From an uncultured bacterium (GTDB lineage Bacteria; Edwardsbacteria; AC1; EtOH8): a DNA stretch of 64,000 nt. Where the stretch lies: contig CAWAAX010000009.1 of NCBI GenBank assembly GCA_963780225.1, positions 96,001-160,000 of the forward strand, written 5' to 3'. The translations under genes and the position numbers were made by a program. Of this stretch, positions 40,541 through 50,794 are shown piece by piece (the first letter of the stretch is position 1; each line of letters opens with the position of its first letter). The notes under the pieces are model-generated. The model saw only the letters and a program-made list of their open reading frames with translations. It did not search any database and was not told the origin of the DNA.

Positions 40541-42601
40541 ATGATCTGGACGCTGATAGTCATATTACTGGCGATTTCCTGGGCACTGGCGTGGCGGGAA
40601 CGAGCCGGGCTGTCCCGGCAAAAAGAGGTGGTGCTTTTGGCCTTAAGGCTGGGAGCGATCATTGTTTTGGGGCTGGCCTTGCTTGGTATGTTTCCCCGAT
40701 TGCGGGGCCAGGAAAAACAAAATCTTCTGATCCTGGCCGATGCTTCCCAAAGCATGACCTTGAATGACGGGCAATCCCAGAACCGCTGGCAGAGGGCCTT
40801 GGCCATAGCTTCGACGGTAAAACTGCCGGGCCGCCAGATAACGATTCTCCGCACCTCCGGCAAGGGACTTCAGGATGAGATCCCCGACAGCCTGACTCAA
40901 AATATGGATTATACCAATCTGTCCGAAGCTCTTTCTTTGGCATATCGGGGAAAACCCGGTGCCATCCTGTTGTTGTCGGACGGGAATCACAACCGGGGCG
41001 ATGATCCGGTCAGGGCCGCGGCCGCCGGTATTCCGGTTTACGTTGTCGGATTCGGCCCGTCCGAGGGATTGAAAAACGCCTTGATCACCGAGGTCTGGAA
41101 CGATAACGAGGTCGAGGCCGGCCAACCGGCCGAGATCAGCCTGAATATCCGGGGGGTGCTGGCCGGAGGCCGGGTGAGCCTGTGGGAGAACGGCGTTAAA
41201 CTGGCGGAGAAGAGGCTGGACCTTAAAAGCGATACGGTATTGACCTTTGGACTGATACCTAAACCAGAAGGTCTTCACCGTTATACGATAGTTTTGGAGA
41301 ACTCCGGCAAACAACGGCTGGACCAGGCCGTCGCCGTCATCAGCGTGGTCAAGAAGAACTTCAAGCTGATATTCATCTGCTCAAATCCCGGCTGGGACCT
41401 GAGATTCTGGCAGCAGGCAATAGGACTAAATCCCGCCTATACCGCTGATATCCTTATAAAACAGAGAGCGGGCTGGAGAAGGATTTTTCCCGGTGGCCAG
41501 GATGCTCCTGGCAACCTTGATTCGCTGGACAAATATGACGCAATCATAATTGGGAGCATAAATCCCGGGGAACTTCCAACAACAGCGGAACAAGCCATCG
41601 TCAACCTGGTACGGCAAAAAGGCCGGGGGCTTTTCCTGCTGGGCAGTTTTCGTCAGTTCGGGATACTCGGGCAGTTGGCTCCCATATCTTACAGCCGGGA
41701 GATCAAACCGGTGATCGGCACTGTCTGGCCGGCCCAAGAGCTTTTCAACACGGGAATGCTGGAGATCTCTAAAGAGACCGGCTTAAAAAGACTGCCGCCA
41801 TTGTCACTGAATAAAAACTACGGCATCAGGGATAACAAGGTATTTCTTTTAGCCGGTCTGCAAACCTCAGACCAAAAGACCTATCCCTTGTGGGCCAGGG
41901 CGGAAGAAGGCCTGGGACGCATCGTGCAGATCGCGGCCGAAGACCTTTGGCACTGGAAGCTGGCCGCCGCCGGGGCGGGCCGTGACACCGCCCTGTTGGG
42001 AGAAATGGTGCAAAGCAGCCTGCAGTGGGTCCTGGGCCGCGACGGAGCCGGTTTTGAGGCCGGTCCCGAGCGGAGGCTCAATGCCCAGGGGCAGGAGATC
42101 AAATTCAACGGCCGTTGGAAAAACTATTCCCGTCAATCAGGACAAAGCGCCAAGTGGTCAGTTACTATTGCCGACAGTTTCGGGCATAAAAAAACATATA
42201 AACTGACCGACTGGGGAAACGGGGATTTTGTGGTGGAACTGGGTGCCCTCCCATCTGGGCAATATTCTTATACTACAGTTCTGGATCTTGGATTCGGCGC
42301 GGCTCAGCATAACGGCGGAAAACAGATATTTTCGGCCCGGGGAAAGTTCTTTGTGGAGCCGGGTCGGGATGAACTGAGGGATCATTTGCAGAACGCAGGG
42401 TTGCTGAAATCACTGGCCTCGGCCAGCGGGGGGAAATACTGGAATGAAAATGACGTCCCCGAGGACAGCGGCTGGCAGAAGAACATAAAAATACCTGATT
42501 CTCCGGATCCTTCACAAAACGATCAAACCTTCAGCATACTGGCCATCTGTCTGCTTTTGGCGGCAGAGTGGTTCCTGCGCCGGAAATGGGGAAGGGTTTA
42601 A
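40541..42601 (+). CDS. Membrane-anchored VWA (MIDAS) domain protein
   Basis: DASQSM, TNL, LLSDG; C-terminal LLAAEWFLRRKWG; start re-picked from the promoter. Confidence 0.8.
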   Translation: MIWTLIVILLAISWALAWRERAGLSRQKEVVLLALRLGAIIVLGLALLGMFPRLRGQEKQNLLILADASQSMTLNDGQSQNRWQRALAIASTVKLPGRQITILRTSGKGLQDEIPDSLTQNMDYTNLSEALSLAYRGKPGAILLLSDGNHNRGDDPVRAAAAGIPVYVVGFGPSEGLKNALITEVWNDNEVEAGQPAEISLNIRGVLAGGRVSLWENGVKLAEKRLDLKSDTVLTFGLIPKPEGLHRYTIVLENSGKQRLDQAVAVISVVKKNFKLIFICSNPGWDLRFWQQAIGLNPAYTADILIKQRAGWRRIFPGGQDAPGNLDSLDKYDAIIIGSINPGELPTTAEQAIVNLVRQKGRGLFLLGSFRQFGILGQLAPISYSREIKPVIGTVWPAQELFNTGMLEISKETGLKRLPPLSLNKNYGIRDNKVFLLAGLQTSDQKTYPLWARAEEGLGRIVQIAAEDLWHWKLAAAGAGRDTALLGEMVQSSLQWVLGRDGAGFEAGPERRLNAQGQEIKFNGRWKNYSRQSGQSAKWSVTIADSFGHKKTYKLTDWGNGDFVVELGALPSGQYSYTTVLDLGFGAAQHNGGKQIFSARGKFFVEPGRDELRDHLQNAGLLKSLASASGGKYWNENDVPEDSGWQKNIKIPDSPDPSQNDQTFSILAICLLLAAEWFLRRKWGRV

Positions 42602-42726
42602 CGGGAAGGAACCCAGATTTAGGTAGGCGACTGCCCCTCGAAAACAAGAAAAAGCCTACTTAACTTGTTCAGGAAAAGTAGAAAGGTTATAACAGGTTTT
42701 ATATAAACGCAGATTTAGCCCGATTA

Positions 42727-42985
42727 TGTTCTTTTCTTTTTGTACCGCCAAAAAGCAAAGAACCAAAAGAAAAAGCTCGTCGCTTAAAACTCTCCGGGCC
42801 TCGCTTACGCTAAAACTCCCGCCTATGCCCCTGCATCGGCGTACAGGCCAGCGGGCCCGCGTTGTGCTTCTCGTTGATGACGGGCTTGTCTGAACTCGGG
42901 CTTTGGCCAAGCCCTTAAACAGGCCAGACAAGCTTTATCCGCCATCAACTGCGATGCTCACTGATCGTTTTAACGCGACAACCGG
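42727..42985. repeat. Structured MITE-like element
   Basis: TTCTTTTCTTTTTG...CAAAAAGCAAAGAACCAAAAGAAAA hairpin plus GTTGATGACGG/CCGCCATCAAC and AACTCG...TAAACAG stems. Confidence 0.5.
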
Positions 42986-43088
42986 GGTTGGTACCCATTG
43001 TTCTCCATGTCTCCTGAGATGATTGAATAATCATTAAAGCGAAAACCGTAAGATTCTCCCTATCCTTTAAAAATCTAAAGGCCAAAGC

Positions 43089-43784
43089 ATGATCCCGCTT
43101 AAAGACGACATAGTTTCCTCCAGCTTTCCGTTCATCAATACACTGTTGATCGCCGTAAATGCGCTGGCTTTTATGTTTGAATTAAGCCTGGGGCCGGAAT
43201 TGAACCGGTTCATTCTTCAGACGGCGACGGTGCCGGAACAGGTCATGGTGGACGGAGCCTTGGGCTGGCCCAGTATATTATATTCCATGTTCCTTCATGC
43301 CGGCTGGGCTCATTTTCTGGGCAACATGCTTTATCTTTACATCTTCGGCGATAATGTGGAGGACGCGCTGGGGCATTTCAAATACCTGGCCTTCTACCTT
43401 TTATGCGGGTTCGGGGCGGCCTGGGCCCATATCCTCACTGATCCGGGCTCTGCCGTTCCCATGGTCGGAGCTTCCGGGGCCATTGCCGGAGTGCTGGGGG
43501 CGTATTTCCTGCTTTACCCCAAGGCCCGGGTCCTGACCCTGGTGTTCCTGGGTTTCTTCATCCGGATCATCAAGATACCGGCCCTGGTGGTGCTGGGTTT
43601 TTGGATCATCCTGCAGCTGGTGCTGGGCTTGGGCAGTTTGCCGTTGAGGGGGCAGGGCGGAGGGGTGGCCTGGTTCGCCCACATCGGAGGGTTTGCCTGC
43701 GGCATGGTCCTGTTATTCGCGATGGGAGGATGGAGAAAACGGCAGAATTATGTTGCAAAAACCGGTGCTTTTTGGGATAATTAA
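43089..43784 (+). CDS. Rhomboid family intramembrane serine protease
   Basis: MFLHAGWAHFLGNM, GASG, AHIGGF. Confidence 0.93.
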   Translation: MIPLKDDIVSSSFPFINTLLIAVNALAFMFELSLGPELNRFILQTATVPEQVMVDGALGWPSILYSMFLHAGWAHFLGNMLYLYIFGDNVEDALGHFKYLAFYLLCGFGAAWAHILTDPGSAVPMVGASGAIAGVLGAYFLLYPKARVLTLVFLGFFIRIIKIPALVVLGFWIILQLVLGLGSLPLRGQGGGVAWFAHIGGFACGMVLLFAMGGWRKRQNYVAKTGAFWDN

Positions 43785-43897
43785 AATCTAATGCCGCACG
43801 AATAGAGAAGTTGTCACCGGTAACCAGAATTTCATCCGCGAAATATTACTTCTCGTCAAGATAAGCCAAAAGCGACGGTGGGGAAAGGACGGCTAAC

Positions 43898-44627
43898 ATG
43901 GAAAGAACAATGGCCAGGCTTAACTGGAAACAGTTCCAAAAACTGGTCCCCGGCAAGACCAACCGGGTGCTGCTGCCGGTGGGCACCATCGAAGCCCACG
44001 GGCCGGGGGCGCTGGGGACGGATGCCTTCATCCCGGAATATATCTGCCAAAAACTGGCCGGGCCGCTCAACGCCATGGTGGCGCCCACCATTCCCTACGG
44101 CCTGACCAGGTCGCTGATCGGTTTCCCCGGATCGCTGACCGTTTCCCCGGAAACCCTGACCGCCTATGTCAAGGAGACCGCCCTGAGCCTTACCCGGGCC
44201 GGGTTCAAGTACGTCATAATAATGAACGGCCACGGCGGGAACAATGATTGTCTTAAACCGGTGGGTCCGTATCTATGGCAGCAAAACAAAGCCAGGACAC
44301 TGATCGTTCACTGGTGGGAAGCTTCGGCCGCAATCGGCCAGAAATTCTTTAAAGGCACCGGACACGCCGGAGCTGATGAACTGGCGGCCCTGATGGCGGT
44401 GGACCCCGGCCTAGTGGCCAGGGAAGATTACCAGAAGCAGGAGGTGGGCGATTATCCGCCGGGGATGACGCCCTATCCCTTCCATAGCTCGATGATCTTA
44501 AATCAAAGGGGCCAGGGTTATCCGGTCTTTGATGCCCCCCAGGCCCGTAAATATATGGGTGAGACGGTTAAGACTGATATCTGATGAAGCCCGGATAATT
44601 TTAAACGCCTGGGAGAAACTGGACTGA
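43898..44627 (+). CDS. Creatininase family protein (probable +1 frameshift at ~44573; stops at 44584 as written)
   Basis: PVGTIEAHG..GTD, NGHGGN, GHAG..E; removing A44573 extends the ORF to a TGATG overlap with the next gene. Confidence 0.85.
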
Positions 44628-47404
44628 TGGCAGACATCTCCGTACAGATAGCCGAGCTGGAAAAACAGGCTGCCCTGGCCGGGCGGTATTTCGGCAAGCT
44701 GGAAGAAACCTGGGGCAGGTCGGCCGAGGCCCGTAATATCCTGAAGGGATTGGAGAATTATCTGGAGGAGAACCATATAGATGCCGGTTTCCTCAAAATA
44801 TTTTCCGAGGCTCCCGAGCCGGGAGTGATCTACGTGGAGCTGCCCCGGGGGGCCCGCGATTTTCATGGCCAGGCCGCCCAGCTGCTTTTGGACTGCTGCC
44901 TGGCCGAGTTCACTGGCGGCGGTGAAGGGTCTTGGGCAAAATGGAGGGAGTTCGGGCAGAATATATATTACGGGATCATCGAAGAGCTTTATTCCAATTT
45001 TGTCTCTTCTAAAACCCATCTGGCGTTTGTATTTGAACTGTCTTACCGGCAATTGATGTCGGAAGCGGCTCAGGTCTGGTGGGAAGGCCAGCCGGAGCAG
45101 GCCCTCCGGCTACGTCCGGCCATAGATCGCAGGTTGGGGCTGGAGATCACCGGCCTGCTTAAGCCCCTTAGGCAAAAGTTGCTGTCTCAAAAGCGTATGG
45201 AAACCGGCATTTTGGACGAACTGACCGATCAGGCCTGGGATGCCCCGATAGGGCCGGAGGGCGGACAGGCCAGGGAGATGTCCTTCATACTTTGGGAAGT
45301 AAACCTAAATCCCTGGCTTTTTTCCCGGATATTCTATCTGTTATACACCGACCAGATAAAGGCCGAAGAAGAATTGCTTTGGGAAAAGATAAATTCCGCC
45401 AATGTCACCAAGCCGGAAGAGATCATCAGCCTGATAACCGGAAAACTTCCCCAGGCCTCGGAGCTGGCCGTCAAAGAGATCCAAAAATTAGTGGTCAAGA
45501 AGGCGCTGGAGCTGGAAACCCGCGTCAACACCGAACTGTTGGAACTGCAAAAATATTCGGCCCGGATAAAAAAACAAACCCAGGATTTGGTGGTTCAGAA
45601 CAACGCCGAGATGAACAAAGCGGTGGAGGGGAAATTCAGCTCCGAAAGTCTGACCACCCTTTCGGCCAAGGTCAGCGACAGCATGATCCAGTTCCAGAAG
45701 GGATTGTTCTCTCAGCTCTGGCACCTGGGCGACCTGGAAAGCAAGGCGCGCAATCTGCAGGGATATCTGGAAAAAACCAGATACCTGCAGAAGATGCCGG
45801 CCAAGGAACTTTTGGCCATGCTGACCTCAAAGGCCCAGGACCCCAGCTTGGATTTGCTGCAACACCTGGCCCAGTTCAAACTTTACTCGCTGCACATCAA
45901 TAATAAATGGGAGGAATGGGCCCAAAAACATTCCCAGGAGTTGATGGAGCTGTTCCGGCAGGCGGTGGATCTGGCCCAGGGCCGGGTTGTTCCACTGGAG
46001 AGGGATTTTCAGAAGCGCAATCCCAAAGACCCCCAGTACCAAAAGATCAAACAGGAGCTGGAGGAGGCCCAAAGCGACCTGAAGGCCCTGGAGGGGCTGG
46101 TGGAGGAGAAGGGCGGCGGCCGGTTGTACCATGTGGAAAGAATAATCACCGGTTACCGGAAATTCATTAAAGAAACGGCCGAACCACTGGTTTTCTGTCG
46201 CCGGGTATCGCAGCTGGTCAAGCTATGGCCGCCCCTGCTGGCCAAAGATCCGCCCCTAATGCGGCAGCAGGAACTGTTCGATGAAGTCCGGTACTTGAAT
46301 GAGTCTTTAAAAAACACATCCCGCCACTGTATCCTGGCCGCCCAGGGCAAGGTTTGTTCGCTACCCCAGTTGGTGGGCGAGCATACCCGGGAGTTGAGGA
46401 GCCGGTTATTAAAGCGCTACGGGCGCAATATCGCGGTGATGGTCTACGATATCCGGGGTTCCAGTTTTATGAGCGCCAAACTAAACCAGGCCGAACGGGA
46501 ACGGGAGATAAAAAACAAGCTGGGATATTTGATCTCCCAAGTCATCAAACAACACGGGGGGATGCTGATCAAGGACACTGGAGATGGGGGGCTGGCCTGG
46601 TTTGGCGAAAACGGCCCGGAGCTTTATGAAAAATGCTACAAGGAAATGGTCAGCGCCAAGGGAATGAAGATTCGTCATTCCCTTGGCGCCGGGGCCGAAT
46701 TGATCATGCAACCTTCGGCCGAGTCTTCCCGGCTGGCCTCAGATTGCGCCTGCCAGATGTTGAAAACCGCCGAACGATTCATCCAGGATAATTATTCCAA
46801 CTATCGGGAGTGGTTCAAAGAAGCCAAGGAGCGGGAGATCCTGCACCAGGGCACAAGTTATGCGGTGTTGCCCCCTGAATTCAAGGCCCTGTTCCGCTTG
46901 GGAGTGGGGATCTGTTCCGGCGAGCCGGGACGCGATGTATCGCTGGCCTTTAACGCCGCCGGGGATCTGGACCTGTGCGGTACCTTGGTCAATGATGCCA
47001 GCCTGCTGGCCACCGGCCGCGATCCCATGCGTTCGGTGGTAATGCTGGATCAAGCGGCTTGTTTCAACCTGCTGTTGAATTCCGAGCGGTTCGAGCCCTC
47101 CTACCAAAAAGATTTTGAGGCGGGCAACATTTCGGGGCCCGAGGCCTGGGAAAAAAGCCTGTGGGAGGCTTACGGCATGGCCGGGGCGGTGCTACCCGAC
47201 GGCAATTATCATTTCCCGGCGGCTGATTTTGATATCGTCCGGGTGGGGCTTAAAACCGCCATTAAAAACGAGAACGAGAAAAACCAAAGCCTGAAGTTCG
47301 AATCGGTCTCCGGTAGCCTGGTGGTAGGCGATGAAGGCTCATTGTATCAGATGGAGGACCGGGCCGAGATCAAATTAGTCTACGAGTTAAAACCCAACCT
47401 TTAA
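44627..47404 (+). CDS. Large helical protein with C-terminal class III adenylate/guanylate cyclase-like domain
   Basis: YDIRGSS, IKDTGDG, RLGVGICSG, DLCGTLVNDASLL. Confidence 0.7.
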   Translation: MADISVQIAELEKQAALAGRYFGKLEETWGRSAEARNILKGLENYLEENHIDAGFLKIFSEAPEPGVIYVELPRGARDFHGQAAQLLLDCCLAEFTGGGEGSWAKWREFGQNIYYGIIEELYSNFVSSKTHLAFVFELSYRQLMSEAAQVWWEGQPEQALRLRPAIDRRLGLEITGLLKPLRQKLLSQKRMETGILDELTDQAWDAPIGPEGGQAREMSFILWEVNLNPWLFSRIFYLLYTDQIKAEEELLWEKINSANVTKPEEIISLITGKLPQASELAVKEIQKLVVKKALELETRVNTELLELQKYSARIKKQTQDLVVQNNAEMNKAVEGKFSSESLTTLSAKVSDSMIQFQKGLFSQLWHLGDLESKARNLQGYLEKTRYLQKMPAKELLAMLTSKAQDPSLDLLQHLAQFKLYSLHINNKWEEWAQKHSQELMELFRQAVDLAQGRVVPLERDFQKRNPKDPQYQKIKQELEEAQSDLKALEGLVEEKGGGRLYHVERIITGYRKFIKETAEPLVFCRRVSQLVKLWPPLLAKDPPLMRQQELFDEVRYLNESLKNTSRHCILAAQGKVCSLPQLVGEHTRELRSRLLKRYGRNIAVMVYDIRGSSFMSAKLNQAEREREIKNKLGYLISQVIKQHGGMLIKDTGDGGLAWFGENGPELYEKCYKEMVSAKGMKIRHSLGAGAELIMQPSAESSRLASDCACQMLKTAERFIQDNYSNYREWFKEAKEREILHQGTSYAVLPPEFKALFRLGVGICSGEPGRDVSLAFNAAGDLDLCGTLVNDASLLATGRDPMRSVVMLDQAACFNLLLNSERFEPSYQKDFEAGNISGPEAWEKSLWEAYGMAGAVLPDGNYHFPAADFDIVRVGLKTAIKNENEKNQSLKFESVSGSLVVGDEGSLYQMEDRAEIKLVYELKPNL

Positions 47405-47423
47405 AATATTTACGAAGACTGCC

Positions 47424-48837
47424 ATGGCCAAAATTCTGATAGTGGATGAGGACCGGCTGTTTGCCCTGACGGTGGTTCACGTGCTTTCCCGCTATGGCCA
47501 TCAGACGGTGCTGGCCGACAAGCCTTCCAAGGCCGCCGGACTGCTGGAACGTGAGGAGGCCGATCTGCTGCTGATGGAAGCCGAGCTGGCCGGGCGCAAA
47601 GGCCTGCAGCTTTTAAAGGAATTGCGGCAGCTCAGGCCCGATGTTCCGGTGGTGCTGTTCGTGGACCGCAGTCTTAACCACGAGGCCCGGGAGCAGCTGA
47701 AAAAGGGGGTTTTTGACTATATCAACAAACCCTTTGGACACGAGGAGCTGTTGGTGACGGTGGAACGGGGGCTGGAGCGCCGGCGGTTGGTGCTTTCCAA
47801 TAAACAACTTTTATCCGATTTGGAACAAAGGGTGCGGGAGCTTTCCACTTTCAATGCGGTGGCCCGGACACTAAACTCCACTCTCAAGCTCAAAGAAGTG
47901 CTGGACATTGTGATGACCAAGATCAAGGCTCTGATCAAGGCCGAGGCTTGGTCGATCCTGATGCTGGACGAGATAAGCAACGAGTTGGTATTCGAAGTGG
48001 CGGTGGGGGAAAAGGGCGATCAGATCAAGGAGATGCGGCTGGCTTTGGGCCAGGGGGTGGCCGGCTGGGTGGCGCAGCAGGGACAGCCGGTGATTGTGCC
48101 GGACGTGGCCAAGGACCAGCGATTTTTCAAGGGAATGGATAATAGAACCGGATTCAAGACCAGATCGATAATCGCTACCCCCTTGATCTCAAGAGGGCGG
48201 CTGATAGGGGTTTTTGAGATCATTAACAAGCTGGGGCCGGATCCCTTCAACCAAAAGGACCTGGAGCTGCTGCAGACTCTGACCGATCATGCGGCCATCG
48301 CCATCGAGAACGCCAGATTGTATGAAAAGGCCCAGAAACTGGCGGTTACCGACGATTTGACAGGGCTTGTCCAACTCCAGGCATTGCGACCTGTTCTTCA
48401 AAAAAGCGCTGGAAGAGGCCAAAAAACAAGGCAGAAACCTCTCGGTGCTGTTCATCGATCTGGACCACATGAAGGAGGTGGACGATACTTACGGGCATCT
48501 TTTGGGAGGCCAAACCTTAAAAGAGGTGGCGGACCGGATCGGAGCCCTGGTCAAATCTCCGGACTTGGCCTCGCGCTATGGCGGCGACGAGTATGTGATC
48601 ATCCTGCCATTCAAGGGGGCGGTCGAGGCCAAAAGCCTGGCCGAGACCATCAGAAAAAAGATCGAGGCTGAACCTTTTTTGACGGCCCATAAGCTTTCCT
48701 GCAAGATAACGGCCAGCATCGGGATAGCGGTCTACCCCGAACACGGCCAGACCATGGACGAACTGCTGTCCAAAGCCGACAAGGCCATGTACCGGGTCAA
48801 GGAAACCGGCAAGAACCGGGTTCAGATGGCGGAGTAA
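47424..48837 (+). CDS. REC-GAF-GGDEF diguanylate cyclase, split by a +1 frameshift at ~48366-48369
   Basis: ...TDDLTGL / SNSRH...FIDLDHMK...RYGGDEY continues in the next frame. Confidence 0.85.
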
Positions 48838-48840
48838 AAG

Positions 48841-49209
48841 ATGAAGTATTGTCCTAAATGCCGGTCCGAATACCGGGATGGTTTCCAGATCTGTTCTGAC
48901 TGCGGCAGCCCTTTGGCCGGAAGGTTGCCAGATGTTCCCGCTGAGGCAGCCCCTGAGGGCGAGCTGATATCGGTATTCGATCCTCCGGACCCGCTGATAG
49001 GACAGTCCCTGGCGGCGTTGCTGGAGGATAACGGCATCAGGTGCATATTGAAGTCGGAGCAGATCCCTGCTTACGCTGACGTGGCCATGATGCTCCGGCC
49101 GCGCTGGGGGCGGCTGATGGTGCTGGAGGGAGACCGGGCCAGGGCGGAAAACCTGATAAATGAATATCTTTCTGCTCCGGCCCAGGAGGAACCAGAGGGG
49201 GAAAAATAA
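48841..49209 (+). CDS. Zinc-ribbon + DUF2007-like protein
   Basis: YCPKC..EYR.G...CSDCG; LLEDNGI. Confidence 0.75.
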   Translation: MKYCPKCRSEYRDGFQICSDCGSPLAGRLPDVPAEAAPEGELISVFDPPDPLIGQSLAALLEDNGIRCILKSEQIPAYADVAMMLRPRWGRLMVLEGDRARAENLINEYLSAPAQEEPEGEK

Positions 49210-49210
49210 A

Positions 49211-49240
49211 AAAACCGCAAGTGAAACACTTGCGGTTTGT
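49211..49240. terminator. Terminator between convergent units
   Basis: AAACCGCAAGTG-AAA-CACTTGCGGTTT. Confidence 0.7.
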
Positions 49241-49294
49241 CTAACAGATGGTGCCCCGCCTTTGGCGGGGCTATTGTAAATCATAAAGTCATAA

Positions 49295-49382
49295 TGGTGC
49301 CGGAGGGGGGATTTGAACCCCCATGGCCTTGCGACCACAAAGTTCTGAGCCTTGCGCGTATACCAAATTTCACCACTCCGGC
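49295..49382 (-). tRNA. tRNA-Leu(CAG)
   Basis: GCCGGAG/CTCCGGC acceptor stem, loop CTCAGAA, long variable arm, GGTTCAAATCC, CCA. Confidence 0.95.
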
Positions 49383-49393
49383 ATAGAAACATA

Positions 49394-49423
49394 ATTATAA
49401 ACCAAAACGACCGTCGCTGTCAA
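49394..49423 (-). promoter_or_regulatory. tRNA-Leu promoter
   Basis: TTGACA-18-TATAAT on the minus strand. Confidence 0.7.
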
Positions 49424-49424
49424 G

Positions 49425-49883
49425 ATGCAAAAAGACCCCACCATCCAGAACCGCAGCGCCAGGCATGATTACGAGATACTGGAATCGCTGGAAGCCGGGC
49501 TGGCCCTGACCGGAACCGAGGTCAAGTCCATCCGGCAGGGATTGGCCAATCTCAAAGAGAGCTATGCCCTGGCCAAGGGGGGCGAGGTCTTTGTTTACGG
49601 GATGCATATCTCACCCTATGATCACGGTAACCGCTTTAACCAGGAATCGGTCCGGCCCCGCAAACTGCTGCTGCATAAAGCCGAGATCAAAAGGCTGTGC
49701 TCCAAGACCCAGGAGAAGGGTTTGACCCTGATTCCCCTGTCAATGTATTTTAAGAACGGAAGGGTCAAGATCCAACTGGCGCTGGGCAAAGGGAAGAAGT
49801 TCTATGACCGCCGGGAGGACATCAAGAAAAGGGATGTGGAGCGGGAAATTAGGGCGGTAAGCAAAAGAGCGCATCGAGAATGA
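49425..49883 (+). CDS. smpB: SsrA-binding protein SmpB
   Basis: EAGLALTGTEVKSIR, RKLLLHK, GKK.YDRRE. Confidence 0.97.
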   Translation: MQKDPTIQNRSARHDYEILESLEAGLALTGTEVKSIRQGLANLKESYALAKGGEVFVYGMHISPYDHGNRFNQESVRPRKLLLHKAEIKRLCSKTQEKGLTLIPLSMYFKNGRVKIQLALGKGKKFYDRREDIKKRDVEREIRAVSKRAHRE

Positions 49884-49894
49884 TGCGCTCTTTT
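49863..49894. terminator. Bidirectional terminator overlapping the smpB stop
   Basis: AAAAGAGCGCATC...GATGCGCTCTTTT. Confidence 0.75.
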
Positions 49895-49930
49895 ACGTTC
49901 AGGAGGATCATGGTTACCCCGGGCCATCTG

Positions 49931-50794
49931 CTAATGATGTCCATCAGTGTCCCCGTTGCCCTGCATCCAAAGGCGGAGGGGAAGGGACAGCCTGCTCATT
50001 ATCCGGATCAGCAGGGTGGATAACCGGTGCGGGTAGTGCTTGGCAAAATACCTGATCATACTTTGGTGGGAGCTGATGATCATGGCTCTCTTTACCCGGC
50101 GGGTGCTGACGCCGTGATGATGGTAAACTTTGGCCTGGGGTAAAAAATAAAGCTGTCCCCCGGCCCGGCTGATCCGCAGGCACCAGTCCACCTCATTGAA
50201 GAACATGGGAAAATTCTCTTCATCCAGCAGACCAACTTTTTCCAGCACGTCTTTTCGGATCATCAGACAGGCGCCCATTGGCTGGTCTACCAAGGCCGGC
50301 GTCAGATGATCGAAGTATCCCATACGCCACCGGCCAAACATCCTGTTTTTAGGGAACAAGCGTGACAATCCTGTAAATTCGTAAAGCATTATAAGGCGAT
50401 CCGGAAACTGGCGGCAGGAAGGTTGGACCGAACCGTCCAGGTTCAAAAGCTGGGGGCCCAGGGCCCAAACCAGGGGATGCTCAACCAAAAAACCAGTCAT
50501 GGTCGAAAGGGCTCCAGGGGTAAGCACGGTATCGGGATTTAAAAGCAGGATAAGATCTCCGGATGCCAGTTTCAATCCCTGGTTAACCGCCCGGGCAAAA
50601 CCGAGGTTGCTTTGGTTTTCAATGATCTTGATCCTGGCTCCATACTCCCGCAGGGTATTAAGGGTGGAGTCCCGGGAATCGTTGTCAACGGCAATTACCT
50701 CCAGATCCTGATTCTGGGAAAACAGGGAATCAAGACAGGGGCGGATGTAGTCCTGGCTGTTCCAGGTCACTATTATCACAGAAAGACGGGTCAT
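49931..50794 (-). CDS. Glycosyltransferase family 2
   Basis: SVIIVTWN, VDNDS.D, LLNPD, FNEVDWC. Confidence 0.92.
   Translation of the reverse strand: MTRLSVIIVTWNSQDYIRPCLDSLFSQNQDLEVIAVDNDSRDSTLNTLREYGARIKIIENQSNLGFARAVNQGLKLASGDLILLLNPDTVLTPGALSTMTGFLVEHPLVWALGPQLLNLDGSVQPSCRQFPDRLIMLYEFTGLSRLFPKNRMFGRWRMGYFDHLTPALVDQPMGACLMIRKDVLEKVGLLDEENFPMFFNEVDWCLRISRAGGQLYFLPQAKVYHHHGVSTRRVKRAMIISSHQSMIRYFAKHYPHRLSTLLIRIMSRLSLPLRLWMQGNGDTDGHH

Noticed and set aside
44627..47404. Pycsar/CBASS-type defence system
   Set aside because: No adjacent TIR/TM cNMP-binding effector, and the gene has host-like composition in a housekeeping context.
49247..49256. ATGGTGCC copy of the tRNA-Leu 3' end as an att site
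   Set aside because: Only about 8 bp, and no integrase or island is adjacent.
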